Part shown: piece after piece, positions 1 through 13,244 of the stretch
Layout: every line of letters begins with the position of its first letter
Numbering within the stretch: the first letter of the stretch is position 1
From: Chiloscyllium plagiosum
Lineage: Eukaryota
Assembly (NCBI RefSeq): GCF_004010195.1
Contig: NC_057720.1
Span: 29,227,732 to 29,291,731, forward strand
DNA: 64,000 nt
Direction: 5' to 3'
Notes under the pieces: generated by a model
The model's database searches: none
Seen by the model: the letters and a program-made list of their open reading frames with translations, nothing else
What the model was told of the DNA's origin: nothing
Made by a program: the position numbers and the translations under genes

Positions 1-656
1 TGCTAACTCTGTTGCCCTTTTCACTTCCTGAATTTTCTGTTCATCCATGTGAATTGTTACCATCTCTGGAAGTGAGTTTTTAAACTCTTCCAGCAGAATA
101 ATCTCTGTTAGAACCTCCTGGGTCTTATCTATCTTTAAGGCCTGCACCCATCAATCAAAATGAACTCAATGTAAGTCTGACCTGGTTCCTTCTTGTGTTT
201 CTGAACCGCTGTCTATACGCTTCTGGTACCAATTCATAAGCTCTTAAAATAGCCTGTTTACCTCTTCATAATCTCTTGACTCCTCATCTGACAGTGCGGC
301 AAATACCTCACCATCTCTGCCTACCAGTTTAGTCTGAACTAGCATTACTCATAAATCCTCAGACCATCCCAACTGCCTAGCCAATTTTTCAAATGAAATA
401 AAGAAGGCTTTGACATCTTTCTCCTCAAATGTGGCAGAGTTTTGACATATTTGTATATATTACCGCTTTCTCTTTTAATCTCCATCATGTTGACTTTTCT
501 GACTAAGTCACAACTTCTCAAGTTCAAATTCTCTCTTTTTGCTCAGCAAAGAACGTCCCCTCTCTCTTTTTCCTCTCTCTCTCTCTTTGTCTCTTTGTTT
601 ATCTTCTATTTCCTCAATTGTAATTTAGGTTTTTCTAATTCCACTGCACTTTTTTT

Positions 657-816
657 TTAGATTAGATTACTTACAGTGTGGAAACAGGCCCTTCAGCCCA
701 ACAAGTCCACACTGACCCGCCGAAGCGCAACCCACCCATTTCCCTACATTTACCCCTTTACCTAACACTATGGGCAATTTAGCATGGCCAATTCACCTGA
801 CCTGCACATCTTTGGA
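657..816 (-). mobile_element. 5'-truncated HE1/V-SINE-type SINE inserted in the Gypsy element
   Basis: (TTAGA)n tail, ggaaacaggcccttc and gggcaatttagcatggccaattcacctgacctgcacatctttgga; same sequence as the full-length copies at 18024 and 20585. Confidence 0.85.
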
Positions 817-1227
817 AACTTGTCTGTTTCTCTGACATCTCTAAGTGTTTGAGTAATTCCCGTACAATTTCAGCTTTACTTTTGTCCTTGGTTAATCCCA
901 AATGTAACCTTTTTGCTAATTCTAAGAGTATGGTAATTTCTTTTCCTTCTAAACTTGGAAAATTTGGGAATCATCTTCAAACCCCAGAACATCTTTAACA
1001 ATTTTAAGAGCCATTTCTCTCACTTTTTTAATTTATCCAATCACAAGTAACTGAAATTAAACTAATTGTCTCACCTATGTTTTATTTAAAGATCTAGGAT
1101 ACTAACCAGTAAGTGTTTAATACTTGGCTTTTTTTCCCTACCTCAAATCTATTCATATCTGTCCAAATCTCAGGCTGGATCTGTCTAAACCTGCTCAAAT
1201 CGCGAATCCGAGACCCAAACTGTTCAA

Positions 1228-1247
1228 ATCCTGGCAACGAGCCCCCA
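1228..1247 (-). promoter_or_regulatory. tRNA-Pro-type primer binding site of the LTR element
   Basis: Minus strand reads TGGGGGCTCGT directly after the LTR, matching the start of the tRNA-Pro PBS TGGGGGCTCGTCCGGGAT. Confidence 0.7.
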
Positions 1248-1249
1248 AA

Positions 1250-1940
1250 CAATAACAACACTGGGTAAACCCCTCTACTAGTTTAAACCTGACACAAAGA
1301 AGCTATAATCTATTAACTTTCGAGAGGCAAAGAACTATCCCAGAGGTCACTATTTAAAGTAAAAATTAACAATTTTATTCTTTAATTCCAACAGAGAATA
1401 TTAAATAACAGCTTTTTACAACTCCTTTCTCTTGAACCTATCTTTTACCTCTCACTCTACAATACCAGTCTGATAAATTCCCTCTTAAATTTACAGCAAA
1501 TCAGTTTCAAACCCAGTTGTCAACTTCGGATGTTGAACTTTATCTGTAGATTTCTCTAAGTTGGCTTCAGTCTTCTGCTGCAAAATTTCTTACGGACAGG
1601 TACCTTTCAAAGTGCTATTTTGCTGGCAGTTGTTGGTGCTTGGTAGCTCTTTGCTTCTCCCTAACTGTTCAAAACGTCTGGTTTTATACCCCAAAACATC
1701 AGATCATTCCATTGGTTTGATGTCATCAAAACATTAAATTCAAATTCGTTTGGAGTTTGGTATCTGAGGCATATTTAAACTGGCTGAATTTGAATTTGAT
1801 TTTGTACCAAGGCAACACAGCACCAGCTATTTGTGTCATCAAATGTTACATTTTTAAATTGTTCAGCACACTCTGTGCTTTCAGTCCTTGCCAGTTTCCT
1901 CTCTCTCTTAAAGGTATAGTATTCCTACACTTATATAACA
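1250..1940 (-). mobile_element. 5' LTR of the Gypsy element
   Basis: Begins TGTTATATAAG on the minus strand (TG terminus at 1940) and ends just before the PBS. A related sequence recurs at 41480-41871. Confidence 0.7.
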
Positions 1941-3798
1941 AGATAATTTTAGATATGCCAAGAAATGTGATTTGGTTTAAGTAAGAAAAATAATTAAAGG
2001 CTGACTTCGAAGTTGTTATTCAAGCTACCAGCGCCCTTAAACTAGGTGATATTAAAAAAAGTTGACATAAAGAAAGGCCAATGGAAGAGTTCCAGGAAAA
2101 ACTTTGTAAGTATGAAAATATTGTGGTACAACAATAGTTCTAATTGCAAAAGCTGTAATTTATTACCAGTAAATTGAACTGGAACAGGGGAGGGTGGTAT
2201 TGACATGGTTATGAATTAATATATAGTAGTACTGCAGGTGTTGGCCTTCTTTCTGAATCCATGTTTTGTTATGTATTTTATTTATAATGTGCAGCATAAA
2301 TACTGCAATACTATCTATGTTTAGACACTCAAAGTTTATTACTGAATGTGGCTCTCCTATCACCACTGAATTATGCCATTCTTGGGTGTTCTTCAGGTTT
2401 GTCTTCATTTATTGAAAGTCCCTTCAGTAGTAATAGCATTATTAAATTTGCTTTGCTGGGGCCAGTGGAAAAGTTTGATTTTGAGTCAATGACTATGGCC
2501 CAGACATATGGCCCAATGGTGCAAGTTGAACCATCTAGTAATTAGTAATAAAATCTATTGCCATCATTTAACAGTAGCTTGTTTTGAACTCAAAAATGTG
2601 TGTTGTTAGATTTTCTTTAACTGGTAATGAAAGGGAAGAGTTGCATAGTTTAAGTGCTATCAAATAGGATAAAAAGTAGAATGCAAAATCCCAATCGAGG
2701 TCATTAATGTGTGCAAGGTTTTATTGATTATTGATAATGAAAAGTAAGTGGCAAAGGGACTCGATCAATGAATCCCTTGTAAATAAAGCAATAAAGACAG
2801 TCATTAAAAAGTGGTGGACAAAGTTGCAAATTAATTGAAAACAATATCATAAAGAAGAAACTTTGTAAAGTAAAGAATAAATTTATTGTCCATGTTGACT
2901 ATGCTGTCTGGTTTCTGTGATGTCTGCTAGTTGTAGAAGGTCTCGAGTACCAGTGGACAACAGACAAAAGCAAAAAGGGATTGCATTAACCTGCACCAAC
3001 CTTGCATTAACCATTCACAATCACAGGATGTATCAGTGCATTTCATAGTTAATTAAGCATTTAGAGGATCGTTTGATAACTTCATAACAAAAGAAGCTAA
3101 ACAATTAATCGCAAATGTAATTGAAACAACTATTTGTTTCAATTGCAACTTAATGGAAGAGTCCTGTCTGGTTTGGATGTAAGTTATTATTTATATAATA
3201 ATTGTACTTAATACTTTTGAAATTCTTTTCACTTTTAATTTGAGCCTTTTAAACTGAAAATATTTTGCAAAAGCTAGTATAGTATAAATGTATTGGAATG
3301 CCAAAATACAACCAGCATACACACATTGAGAAATGTTACTAGATGTCTCTGGGGCAAAATTTATGTTCCAGAATGGGGCAAGTATGGAAGTGGACAGAGC
3401 ACAAATTTGCTGCACAGACTGATCTTGTACTGTTGCTGGCAAACCAGTAGGTCAGGAACTCCATATGCGCCAATATTGTGGTTCTGACTCAAAATGGAGA
3501 ACTGTGCCTTTATTTTTAATAGTTTGAGTTTTCAGGTACATCCTTTTAACCTTTTCAATCTAATTACCTAAAGCGGTAGCAGTGTAATCATATTGTTGTT
3601 GATTATGTTGAGTGCCTTGGGACACTGTAAAAGATGAAAGCTATTGTTGGTGGTGCTGTGACGTTCATTGTGTCTGATGCAGTGCAGAATTCCCCAATTG
3701 CCTGGCTGTTTCAGTAATTGAATGTACTCAAAAATGCCCCTGAACTGCAAAATCTCCTTTTTAATAAGTTTTTTTTCTGTTCTTTTTCTCCCTGACAG

Positions 3799-3828
3799 AA
3801 AGTGATGACAGAGAAAATTTGCCATTGA
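3799..3828 (+). CDS. MOB3C: Last coding exon of MOB kinase activator 3 (MOB3C-like): KVMTEKICH*
   Basis: Strong acceptor (ttttttttctgttctttttctccctgacag) then aaa gtg atg aca gag aaa att tgc cat tga. Matches the MOB3 C-terminus (human MOB3C REMTERICH*). Position just upstream of MKNK1 on the same strand matches the known MOB3C-MKNK1 synteny. Confidence 0.85.
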   Translation, partial: KVMTEKICH

Positions 3829-4897
3829 TCCCAGCTTGAGAGAGGCATCGCAGCAAGTCTCTCCAGTGACATAAAAATTGAGCCATTTACTGCCTTGAAC
3901 AGAAGATTACCAGGAAGTCAAATGCTACAATCTGAATCCTTGTGAAGATTTCCCATGGGAAATCATTAAAAGCATAAGTTAAGAATTCCTAAAAATACTT
4001 CATGGGAATAGATTGATGGTGATGGAATACATACTGCATTTAGATGGCTATCACTCACATCCTCCCTCTTTGTTCTCAAATCTGATGCAATCCAGTCAAT
4101 TGAAAGTAGTTCAGCTCTCCACAAATGTACTTAGATTCCCAAACAAACGTTTCCATGCTGTACATCTCTATGACTCTATGACCTGGTTGAACACTGACAC
4201 AGGCCAACAGATCCTTGTCACTTCATTACGACTGTTTGTTCCTAAATTACTTGGTTTATAAAATGTTCTTGACTTAATTGAGGATTCCTATGACAATATA
4301 TTTAAAAACTAAGTGGCCGCCACCATCCACTCCTCATATTTCTGATGTCACATTGGCAATGGATGTACATTTCATCAGAGTACCTCCTGGAGCATTTAGA
4401 TACTACAGAGCAAAAATATACTGCTTTAGCATCAGCTGCCAGGAATCAGAAACTATATTGACTGCAAACCAAAAGTTTTCAGACGTGTGCAAGACTATTG
4501 AGGTTCCATCCTGCCATGACACAAGGGGATTAAGGATATGCTATCAAGATCAACCAATACCATTCCAGCTCTGGATCATCCAGGATCTGATCTGTGTCCT
4601 ATGAGCACTGGGCATAAAATACCAGCGGCCCTACACCATCTGTGGTAAAAGGACAGATTAGTTTTTACTCAGTTAGTGTAATAATTCAAAATATCCTCAT
4701 TTTTAGTTTATAAATTAATTCTTGTCTCCCATACAGTGAACAGTCTAATGCAGTAGAATTACTAGGAGTCCAAGGATGATACTGCAGACTTTTAAATTTT
4801 TACCAAAACAGTAACATGGCAGGAAACTCGGATACAGAAGTTGTACATTATTTTGTCAAGAAGAAAAATTATTCATCTGTGATACATCAAGAGCTGA

Positions 4898-5019
4898 AGG
4901 GCTTATACCCAAAACATTGATTCTCCTATGCCTCGGATGCTGCCTGACCTGCTGTGCTTTTCCAGCACCACACTCTTGACTCTGATCTCCAGCGTCTGCA
5001 GTGCTCACTTTCTCCCATG
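4898..5019 (+). mobile_element. Penelope-derived short repeat (family A terminus)
   Basis: gggcttatacccaaaacattgattctcc...ggatgctgcctgacctgctgtgcttttccagcaccacact...cactttctcc; flanked by tcaa(g/a)agctga duplication. Confidence 0.7.
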
Positions 5020-5217
5020 TCAAAAGCTGACTCTGAGAATACAGAAATGAGATTTGACAGGAATAAAATGTTTGCTTTTATTGAATATTTAATGTTCTTT
5101 TAGACTATTTAAAATTGAGGCAATTTAGTCTCACACTGTCAGATCAGAGTAACATGCCAGCTTTTGCACTTTCAAAATCTGTCAAATAACTGCTTGAAGT
5201 CACCTCATATGAAACTT

Positions 5218-5386
5218 AGTCAAAATGTGTGGTGCTGGAAAAGCACAGCAGGTCAGACAGGAGAATTGATGTTTCGTCCCGAAACGTCAATTCTCCTGTT
5301 CCTGGATGCTGTCTGACCCACTGTGGTTTTCTAGCATCACACTTTTCGACTCTGATCTCCGGTATCTGCAGTCCTCGTTTTCTCCT
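5218..5386. mobile_element. Penelope-derived fold-back (inverted) repeat, family A
   Basis: gtgtggtgctggaaaagcacagc arm and its reverse-complement-like arm around gaattgatgtttcg..cgaaacgtcaattc. Confidence 0.7.
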
Positions 5387-7689
5387 AGTATGAAGTTTAC
5401 CCAACTTTTGAATCGGATGCAAGTTACTTTTGAACCTTTGTTTTAAATGTACCACACTTAGTGGGTTTTGTTTAAAATTCAAAATAGCTGTCGGCCCTTG
5501 TATACAAAAAATGGCAATGAATGTGTCACAGTCATGCCTTTAGATAAATGTCAACCAATAGATTCCAGTATTTTATAGAAAATAAATGCCAACTTCATTT
5601 TGTTTTAACCTTGGAATATTTTACTGTGACTTACACTAAACATCTGAAGAATGTCAGTTCTTTGAGAATGACATTTAATCAAAATGATAAATCTGTTGGA
5701 GTTATTTTCTATACAGTCAGTTGAATGGGTAAGAATATAAGAAATGGGAGCAGAAGTCTATATTGACCCTTGAGCCGCCTGCACAATTCAGTTTGATCAT
5801 GGCAGACCTTCTGCCTCAACTTCACTTTCCTGCTCACACATCACATCCCTTTTCCTGATGGTACAAAAATCTATCACCTGAAACACACTCAACAATACAT
5901 CCAAAATTCCAAATTTTCACAACTGTCTTGAGAACAGGAATATCTTTTAATCTCAGATTCTCCCCTCAACCTCTCAATGTTGACCCTTCAGAATTTTTTT
6001 TGATTTAATGAAATCACCTCTTAATTTTTCTAAACTCAACTTACTCCAACTTTCATCTTAGGGACCAACCCAGTAACCACAGGCTAACTGCTGAATAAGC
6101 GATGCTGTTTGTAATTAAGCTTCTGCACAACATATAACACACTGTCTGTTCGTTGAAAATGAATCCACACAAATTACTGAAAATACTGTTGTTTAGCCTG
6201 AAGAGAAATAAGTAATACAAATTTATTTACAGCACTGTGCTCCAACTGGCTTGATGCTTTTATTATCCCTGAATTAAATGATTTAGTTTGATTGGGAACA
6301 AATCCAGGAATATCTATCCTAATATTTTGCTCAAATATTGAAAACTTTTTTTTATAACTTAGATGTAATGTCACTTCTGTGACTTGAAGAAGACATAGTT
6401 TGTCAAAACAGTTTATCATTGCAAAGAATGAATCTTCACAACAAAACTGAAGATCAACTTTACTAGTCACTCCTCCCTTGTTGTTTTTGGTTGAGGAACA
6501 GACATTCCCCACGATAAGGGGAGAACCTCATTATATGTTTTCATATCATACAAGATAATCTTTCATGCCTGTTTGAACAACTGGATGGAGCCTTGGTTTT
6601 GATGTCTCATTGCAGACACTGCACATTTATCAAGGAAACATTCCTTCAGTTCTTCCATTAGAGTAATATAACTGAGCCATGCTAACAGAACCTATACAGC
6701 CTTCTCTTCAGAATTACTGATGAGACCAGATTTGGCAATGTGGAGATAGGGCTTCTCATTTCTCGAGTATGCCAAGCTTCACTGTCTTCTGTGGATCCTT
6801 TTGTGACTGAAGATTGATGCAGTATCAGCAGGGACATTCACAATAATAACAATGTAAGATTTTGTATAGGATGTAGATAGCTTTGACTATCTTAGGATAT
6901 CCATCAAAACAGTTTTATGGGAATAGCATGTCACAATAATGAAATATTTTCATTTTGAAAAGCAACTGGGAATAATTTTCAACATGTATCAATCACATTC
7001 CAATAAACATTGTGGAGTACTTCACTGAAGTACAGTTTAGATTGCCAGTCAATAAGATTTTATAGTTTTGAGTTTGATTTGAGAGCCATGAACCGTACAT
7101 CAGTTGCAGGTGTACATCATCGGAGGAAGACTCCACTTTGTTATATTGTCTTATTCATTGTGTGTCACAGCTGATGACTAAGATGAAATTAGTCCTAAAG
7201 TAAATCCATTTATCTAAGGACTTGATGGGAACTCAGAAAAATTGTATTCTGAAAAGTGTATACGTTATTTCTTTTTCATTGTTTTATAGATGTATATAGA
7301 ATGAATGTTTTGTAATTTTTTTTAACTGTGGTAATTGGATGATTTAAATTCTTGCTTAAAGTTCAATGCTGTTAAGATGGACTTACTGTGTCAAAGTTTA
7401 AAGTTACTGTTTAAAGTTACTTTCAGTCACCAGTTTTGCCTTTACCCTAGTTTTTCATTTCTTTGAAGAATTACCATTGCAACTAATAATTCACTCAATT
7501 TGTAAATGCAAGCCTCAATAATGAGTGCAAATAGGTTTCTCAGGAATGGCAGATTTCATGTCCAAGCCTGATATTTTTCTTATATACATGCACACTTCCA
7601 TCAGAGGTAGTTGGATTTCAATCAAGAGCACAAAATACGGTTAGTTTTGCTTTTCCAAATACGGGGTTAGGGTAAGGCTGATTGTGTCC

Positions 7690-8222
7690 TAAGAACAAAA
7701 GAAATAGGAGCAAGAGTAGGCCATCGACCCTTGGTGCCTACTCTGCCATTCAATAAGGTCATGGTTGATCTTTTCATGGACTCTGCTCCACTTACCTGCC
7801 CGCTCACCATAACCCTTAATTACTTTACTGTTCAAAAATCCATCCCTCTTTGCATTAAAAACATACAACAAGGTAGCCTCAACTGCTTCACTGGGCAGGG
7901 AATTTCACAGATTCACAACCGTTTAGGTGAAGACATTGCTCCTCAACTCTGTCCTAAATCTGTTCCCCCTTATTTTGAGGCTATGCCCCCAGTTCTAGTT
8001 TCACCCGCAAGTGGAAACAACCTCCCTGCTTCTATCTTATCTATTCCCTTCATAATTGTATGCTTCTTTAAGATCACCCCATTCTTCTAAATTCCAATGT
8101 TTATGGTCCCATTTTACTCCATCTTTTCTTAAAAGCCAACCCTTTCAACTCCAGAATCAACCTTGTGAATCACCTCTGCATCCTCTCCAATGCCAGTACA
8201 TCCTTTCTCAAGTAAGGAGATC
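7690..8222 (-). mobile_element. CR1 LINE 3' fragment
   Basis: aagaacaaaagaaataggagc tail; minus-strand remnants of the CR1 ORF2 C-terminus; homologous to 25100-25630. Confidence 0.8.
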
Positions 8223-8326
8223 AAAGCCAACTAACTCAGCTCAGATTTGATAAGTGATAGTGATTAAGGTGCTGACATTTGCTATGTGAAATTGCTGAGG
8301 CATTACGGACATTCCAGTACTTAAGT

Positions 8327-8560
8327 AAAAGCAAAATTAATGCAGATACTGGAAAGCTAAAATAAAAACCAAATGCTGGTGAAACTCAGCAGAATTGGCA
8401 GTATCTGTGGAGAGGGAAACAGTATTAACATTTCAAGTCCAATATGACTTCTTCAGAGCAAGGTTTTAAGAATCATATTCGGCTCAAAACTTTGAACTCT
8501 TTCTCTCTCCACAGATGTTGCCAGACCTGCTGAGTCCCTTTAGCATTTTCTGTTTTTAAT
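8327..8560. mobile_element. Penelope-derived fold-back repeat, family B
   Basis: aactcagcagaattggcagtatctgtggagag and inverted ctctccacagatgttgccagacctgctgagt; similar copies at 21611, 60490 and 63355. Confidence 0.6.
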
Positions 8561-9245
8561 CCCATCAATTTACTTTCAAACATTACTTTCAAACTAAATG
8601 TTTAAAAGTTCATTTATTTAAGTAGATTTTTTGTTTCATTTAAAGAACTGACATGATCCATTTTAAAATCAGATGCGTTCAATGCATGCCTTATAAAACA
8701 TCCCTTTCTCCATTAAATTCCTGAACATTAAAATATAATTCTTGATGAAGCCTCATCAGTTTAATTTTATTTTGTACAGAATATTATTTCATATAGGCTT
8801 TTTGATGGAAGTTTGAGTTTATTTTCTTCTTTTATATAAACAAGATGACATTTGAGATTTTTCTAGAAGTGTTGCTTTTGATATCAATGATGCTGAAATA
8901 AGGAAACTTGAAACTACAAGGGTCATCTTCTGAAAATGAATGATCTGGAGTGATTCTGAATTATTTTTCTATAAGAACAAATGCTAGATTGAAGATGAAT
9001 AGAATTTGTATACATTGTAAGGAACTTAGTTTTCGAAATGGACTAAATAAAAAATCTACTGGTTGTAACAGTAATTAAGATATTGCAGACATTCCAATTA
9101 TGTCTCTCCAACTTGTGCATTGTACTTTTAGTAGTTTTTGTTTTGGGGCTTGATTGTTCTATTTGTTTTAAAATAGAGCTGTTTGTAATTTTAATTTATA
9201 GATTATTGGTTTTCTACCAATTTGAACAGAATTGCTTAAAACTAT

Positions 9246-10867
9246 GGGCTGAATTTTTTTTTGATAGTGCTTTTTTGAGCAAGATTCGTGGCGCCCGTCT
9301 ATCATGAACCATACTGATTTTTCTCGTGCAATCTTCTGCTCTTAATGAAATATGCAACTGGATTCTTTGGGGCCCGTCTCATGAAATCACGTGGCAGGAG
9401 AGGCCAAGTGCTTGTCACTGCAGGGACTTTGCTGTGTTCTTACTGCTAGTGGCCATGGCACACTGGCCATGTGCATCCATGTAGGTGGGCATCCAATATG
9501 TACAAGCTCCTAAGAATACCAGCAGTGTATTTGCACCCCACTTACAGAATGCTTGTGCAATTCAATAATGCACCTTGAGCTGCAGCAATAGTAAAGGTCC
9601 AGTGAGGACACTTTGCGCTTAGGAATACACATCAAGCTCATAGACTGGACCTGGCTGCATCTCCAGGTTCTTTGCTTGCTGTTGTACTGCTCCCTCACTC
9701 TCAGCCTAGCTGGATGCACACAATATCCCTGCCTTTCAATGCTTTGCCTTTTTGAGCTTTTCCCCTCAGTCAGACATACCAGGCTCATATCACTTCTGTC
9801 TTGCCTTCATGTTTAGACCAGACAGAAAGCCAGGAAATTTGTCGTGGTTATCAGCAGTCCTCACTCAAGCGGAGGCAGGTAGCCTGTGATCAAAGGATAC
9901 CTACACAGTAGATCAGATGTTCAAGGTGATCAGAGTAAGGATCCTCTTCACATAAAGGCAAACCACCACCCAACTTACATCTTTCTGCCCTACTATGCAC
10001 TGGTTTCCTCCTGGAAGGAGAAAGAGGCGAATATTACAGGAGAGGAAAGTGGGTGGCATAATTGATGCAGGTGGGAGGTGTCCCAGGTGAGTGAGTTGGC
10101 AGGTTGAGTGGTGTTGATTCTGGATTAGTGGTGCTGGAAGAGCACAGCTGTTCAGGCAGCATCCAAGGAGCAGCGAAATCGACATTTCGGGCAAAAGGCT
10201 TTCATCAGGAAAGCTGAATGAGCATGAGTCAGGGAGATATTGCAATAGCGAGAGTGGTAGAGTGTGGGCCTTTCTGGGACATGGGTACAACAGCAGGGTG
10301 AATGTGAGGTATCACAATGATGGAAGCACATACACTGGTGGAGTGGAGAAGGTCACTGACTTTCTTCCTTCACTGTTGGACATACCTCCAGATGGTTGCA
10401 ACTCCAATAACCTGGGTGGCAACCTTGAATCAGGCTAGTGGGAACTGATGTTGTGGCCCCCAGTGCTGGTCCTGGGCGAAAGGCAGTGCAGACAGGGAAT
10501 GGCCCTATCCAGCAGCATCTCCCAGTTCCTAACTGCAAAGTGGGATGCCAATTTCCTTATCTGGCAAGTATGGGGAAAAGGTCAGGAACATGAATGGCAG
10601 CTGCAGACTGACAGTGCTTGTCCAGGTGCAAAGCAGGCTTTTAAAGATGGTGCGGGTGCAAGAGTGCCAGTGTTTTGAGGAGCATCTACCGAGTGGTGAG
10701 TTCTGGTAAGATGTGGATAGAATTGGACAAAACGAATGTAGTAGGGTGAGGTATTAGGTAGTTAATGAGGCGAGTTGTGAAATATACATAGACCTCTGGC
10801 GAGGATCCCTCCAATAACCTTGACACAATTCACTCTTAGCCAAAAAAAACCCTATAAAATTCAGCTT
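9246..10867. mobile_element. Putative non-autonomous TIR DNA transposon (PIF/Harbinger-like), decayed
   Basis: GC-richer 1.6 kb block bounded by gggctgaatttt (9246) and aaaattcagctt (10856-10867), a 10/12 inverted match. No intact transposase. Contains a Penelope-terminus insert at about 10112-10211. Confidence 0.4.
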
Positions 10868-10874
10868 GTTATTT

Positions 10875-11215
10875 TTTTTATTCATTCACAGGATAAGAGT
10901 GTCACTGGCTAGGCCAGCATGTTTTTTCCCCAATCCCTTAAGTGTCAACCACACTGTTGTGGGGCTGGAGTTAATTTAGACCAGACCGTACTAGGTAAGG
11001 ATGACAGTTTCCTTCCTTAAAGGGCATTAGTGAACCAGATGGGGTTTTCGACAATCAGCAATGGATTCCCGATCATTAGACTCTTACTTCCGATTTTTAT
11101 TGAATTCAAATTCCACTAATGTGCCATGATGGGATTTGAACCTAAGTCCCTAGAACATTAACTGGGTCTCTACATTAACAGTCCAGGGATAATAACCACT
11201 AAGTCCTCAACTCCC
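10875..11215 (-). mobile_element. tRNA-headed SINE (SacSINE1/DeuSINE-like)
   Basis: Minus strand has a tRNA-like head (tagtggttatt... ggttcaaatcccatc B-box) followed by gaatttgaattcaataaaaat and a LINE-like tail. Confidence 0.55.
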
Positions 11216-11249
11216 CCTAATCTCTAGCAAATGATTAAATAAAGTCAGA

Positions 11250-12600
11250 GTCATATAGCACCTCTTCTGGCAGCTTATTTCATTCAAGCCTCTGCCTGAT
11301 AAAGTTGTCTCTTAGGTTCCCTTTAAATCTTTCTCCTCTCACTTTAAACCCAATGCCCTCTAGTTTTGGGACTCCCCCACCCTGGGGAAAAGACCTTGGC
11401 TATTCACCTCATACACGCCTCTCATGATGTGATAAACCTCAGTAAGGTGACTCCTCAGCCTCTGACACTCCAAGGAAAATAGCCCCAGTCTAATCAGTAT
11501 CCCTATAGCTCAAACCCTCCAATCCTTGTAAATTTTTTCTCAACTCTTTCAAGTTTCACAATATCTTTCCTTTAGCAGGGAGACCAAAACTGAATACAGT
11601 ATTCCTTAAGTGGTCTAACCAATGTCCTGTACAGCTGAAGCATAACCTCCCAACTCCTATACTCAATGCACTGATCAATAAAGGGAAGCGTATCAAATCT
11701 CTCCTTCACTACTCTGTCTACCTGCAACTCCACTTTCAAGGAACAATGAACCTGCACTCCAAGGTCTCTTTTCTTTTTGGCAACACTCCCCAGGATTTTA
11801 CCATTAAATGTATAAGTCCTGCCCTCATTTGCCTTACCAAAATGCAATGTCTCACATTTATCTAAATTAAATCCTTACAAATTTGTTTCTCAATTTCCTG
11901 CAGACGACTGGGGGGGTATAATACAATCCCAACAAGGTGATCATCCCTTTCTTATTTCTCAGTTCCACCCGAATAACGTCACTGGATGAACTCCTAGGAA
12001 TATCCTCCTAAGTACAGCCATAATGATAAACCAAAAGGCCACACTCCTTTCTATCCTTCCTAAGCATCTATACCCTGGACTATTAAGCTGCCAGTCCTGT
12101 CCTTCCCTGAGCTATGTCTGTAATAGTTATGATATCCCAGACCCAACCGCACCCTGAGTTCATCTGCTTTACCTGTCAAGTCTCTTGCATTGAAATAAAT
12201 GTAATTTATCAGTCTTAAGCTTGTTCTCTGCCTTGCTCTTGCCTGCCTTGACTATTTGACTTGCTTCTCTTCTGAACTGGAGAAGCATCAGATTTGTTTC
12301 TTTTCTCACTATCTCTCTTGGATCTCCACACACACACCCCCAACACTTTACTAGTTTAAAGCCTTCTGAGTAGCACTAGCAAATCTCCTTGCCACAATAT
12401 TGATATTTGTCCCCTTCCAATTCTGGTGCAACCTGTCCTTATACAGTTCATTTCTACCCAAAAGAGATTCTAATGATGCAAAAAAGGTGATTCCCTGCCC
12501 CCTACACCAGCTTCTCAGTCACTCATTCATCTGCTCTGTCCTCTGATTCCTCACTAGCACGTGACACCAGGAGTAATCCAGATATCACTACCTTGCTACT
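11250..12600 (-). mobile_element. CR1 LINE fragments (RT C-terminus plus an upstream segment, internally deleted)
   Basis: ORF 11572-11847: MHFGKAN...RDLGVQVH...LYRTLVRPLKEYCIQFWSP. Confidence 0.85.
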
Positions 12601-13244
12601 TGACTGCATCTTCACCTTGATTATGTTTACTCAGGTTAGATTATCTCATAATGTCTGACAACAGAAAATATTATTTCCTACACTTGACATTAAAACAAAA
12701 CATATGGAACTCTTAAGGACCTATAACTGCACTTAAGTAATCAAAGGTTAAGACAGGAATTGGAGATCCAGTACATCCATTTCCAAATATTACTTTTTAA
12801 ACACTTTTTCATCTGAGATTGTTGAGGAACATAATCTTTTTCCCTAATATTGAATGTTCTACATCACTGTTGACAGTAGCAAAATAAATCATGATCAAGG
12901 ATGAGCAGTATTTAATCTTGTCAGTACAACAGATTATTTTCTGACAAATTCATTACGCAGCTTACTGTTTTAAATGTTGAGTGGCACAACACAGGCTAGC
13001 TTACAAAGTCTAGATAATTAGCACTCAAATTTGCTGAAAACAATATTTTGGATTATAGTCATGACTTTTTTTTTTGTCTTCTTAGATGTATCAAACCTGG
13101 TATTTCCATCATTTTTGGCTTTAACTTTTAATGGTTGGAGCTAATTTCAATGAAAATTGTTCATCTGCTTAGCTCACACAATATCATAAAGCATTGTTCC
13201 AAACATCTGTCAAAGTATGAGATAAATCTTATCCTTCTGTCGCC

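Larger units (their letters stand above)
1..1247 (-). mobile_element. Degenerate Gmr1-like Ty3/Gypsy LTR retrotransposon, 5' internal region and gag/SCAN-like ORF (continues off the left edge)
   Basis: Minus-strand translation gives FISFEKLARQLGW, EVFAALSDEESRDYEE, KQAILRAYELVPEAYRQRFR and EIILLEEFKNSLP, with a frameshift and a stop. These are typical Gmr1-type gag/SCAN-like motifs. Interrupted by a SINE at 657-816. Confidence 0.8.
3829..9240 (+). other. Presumptive MOB3C 3' UTR / downstream region; 3' end not determined
   Basis: AT-rich non-coding sequence after the stop. AATAAA at about 5062, 5581, 7002 and 9045; which one is used cannot be told from sequence. Confidence 0.4.

Noticed and set aside
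5218..5386. Recurrent palindromic repeats as a CRISPR-like array or miRNA hairpins
   Set aside because: Dispersed, TSD-flanked and identical to Penelope termini; eukaryotic DNA with no spacer periodicity
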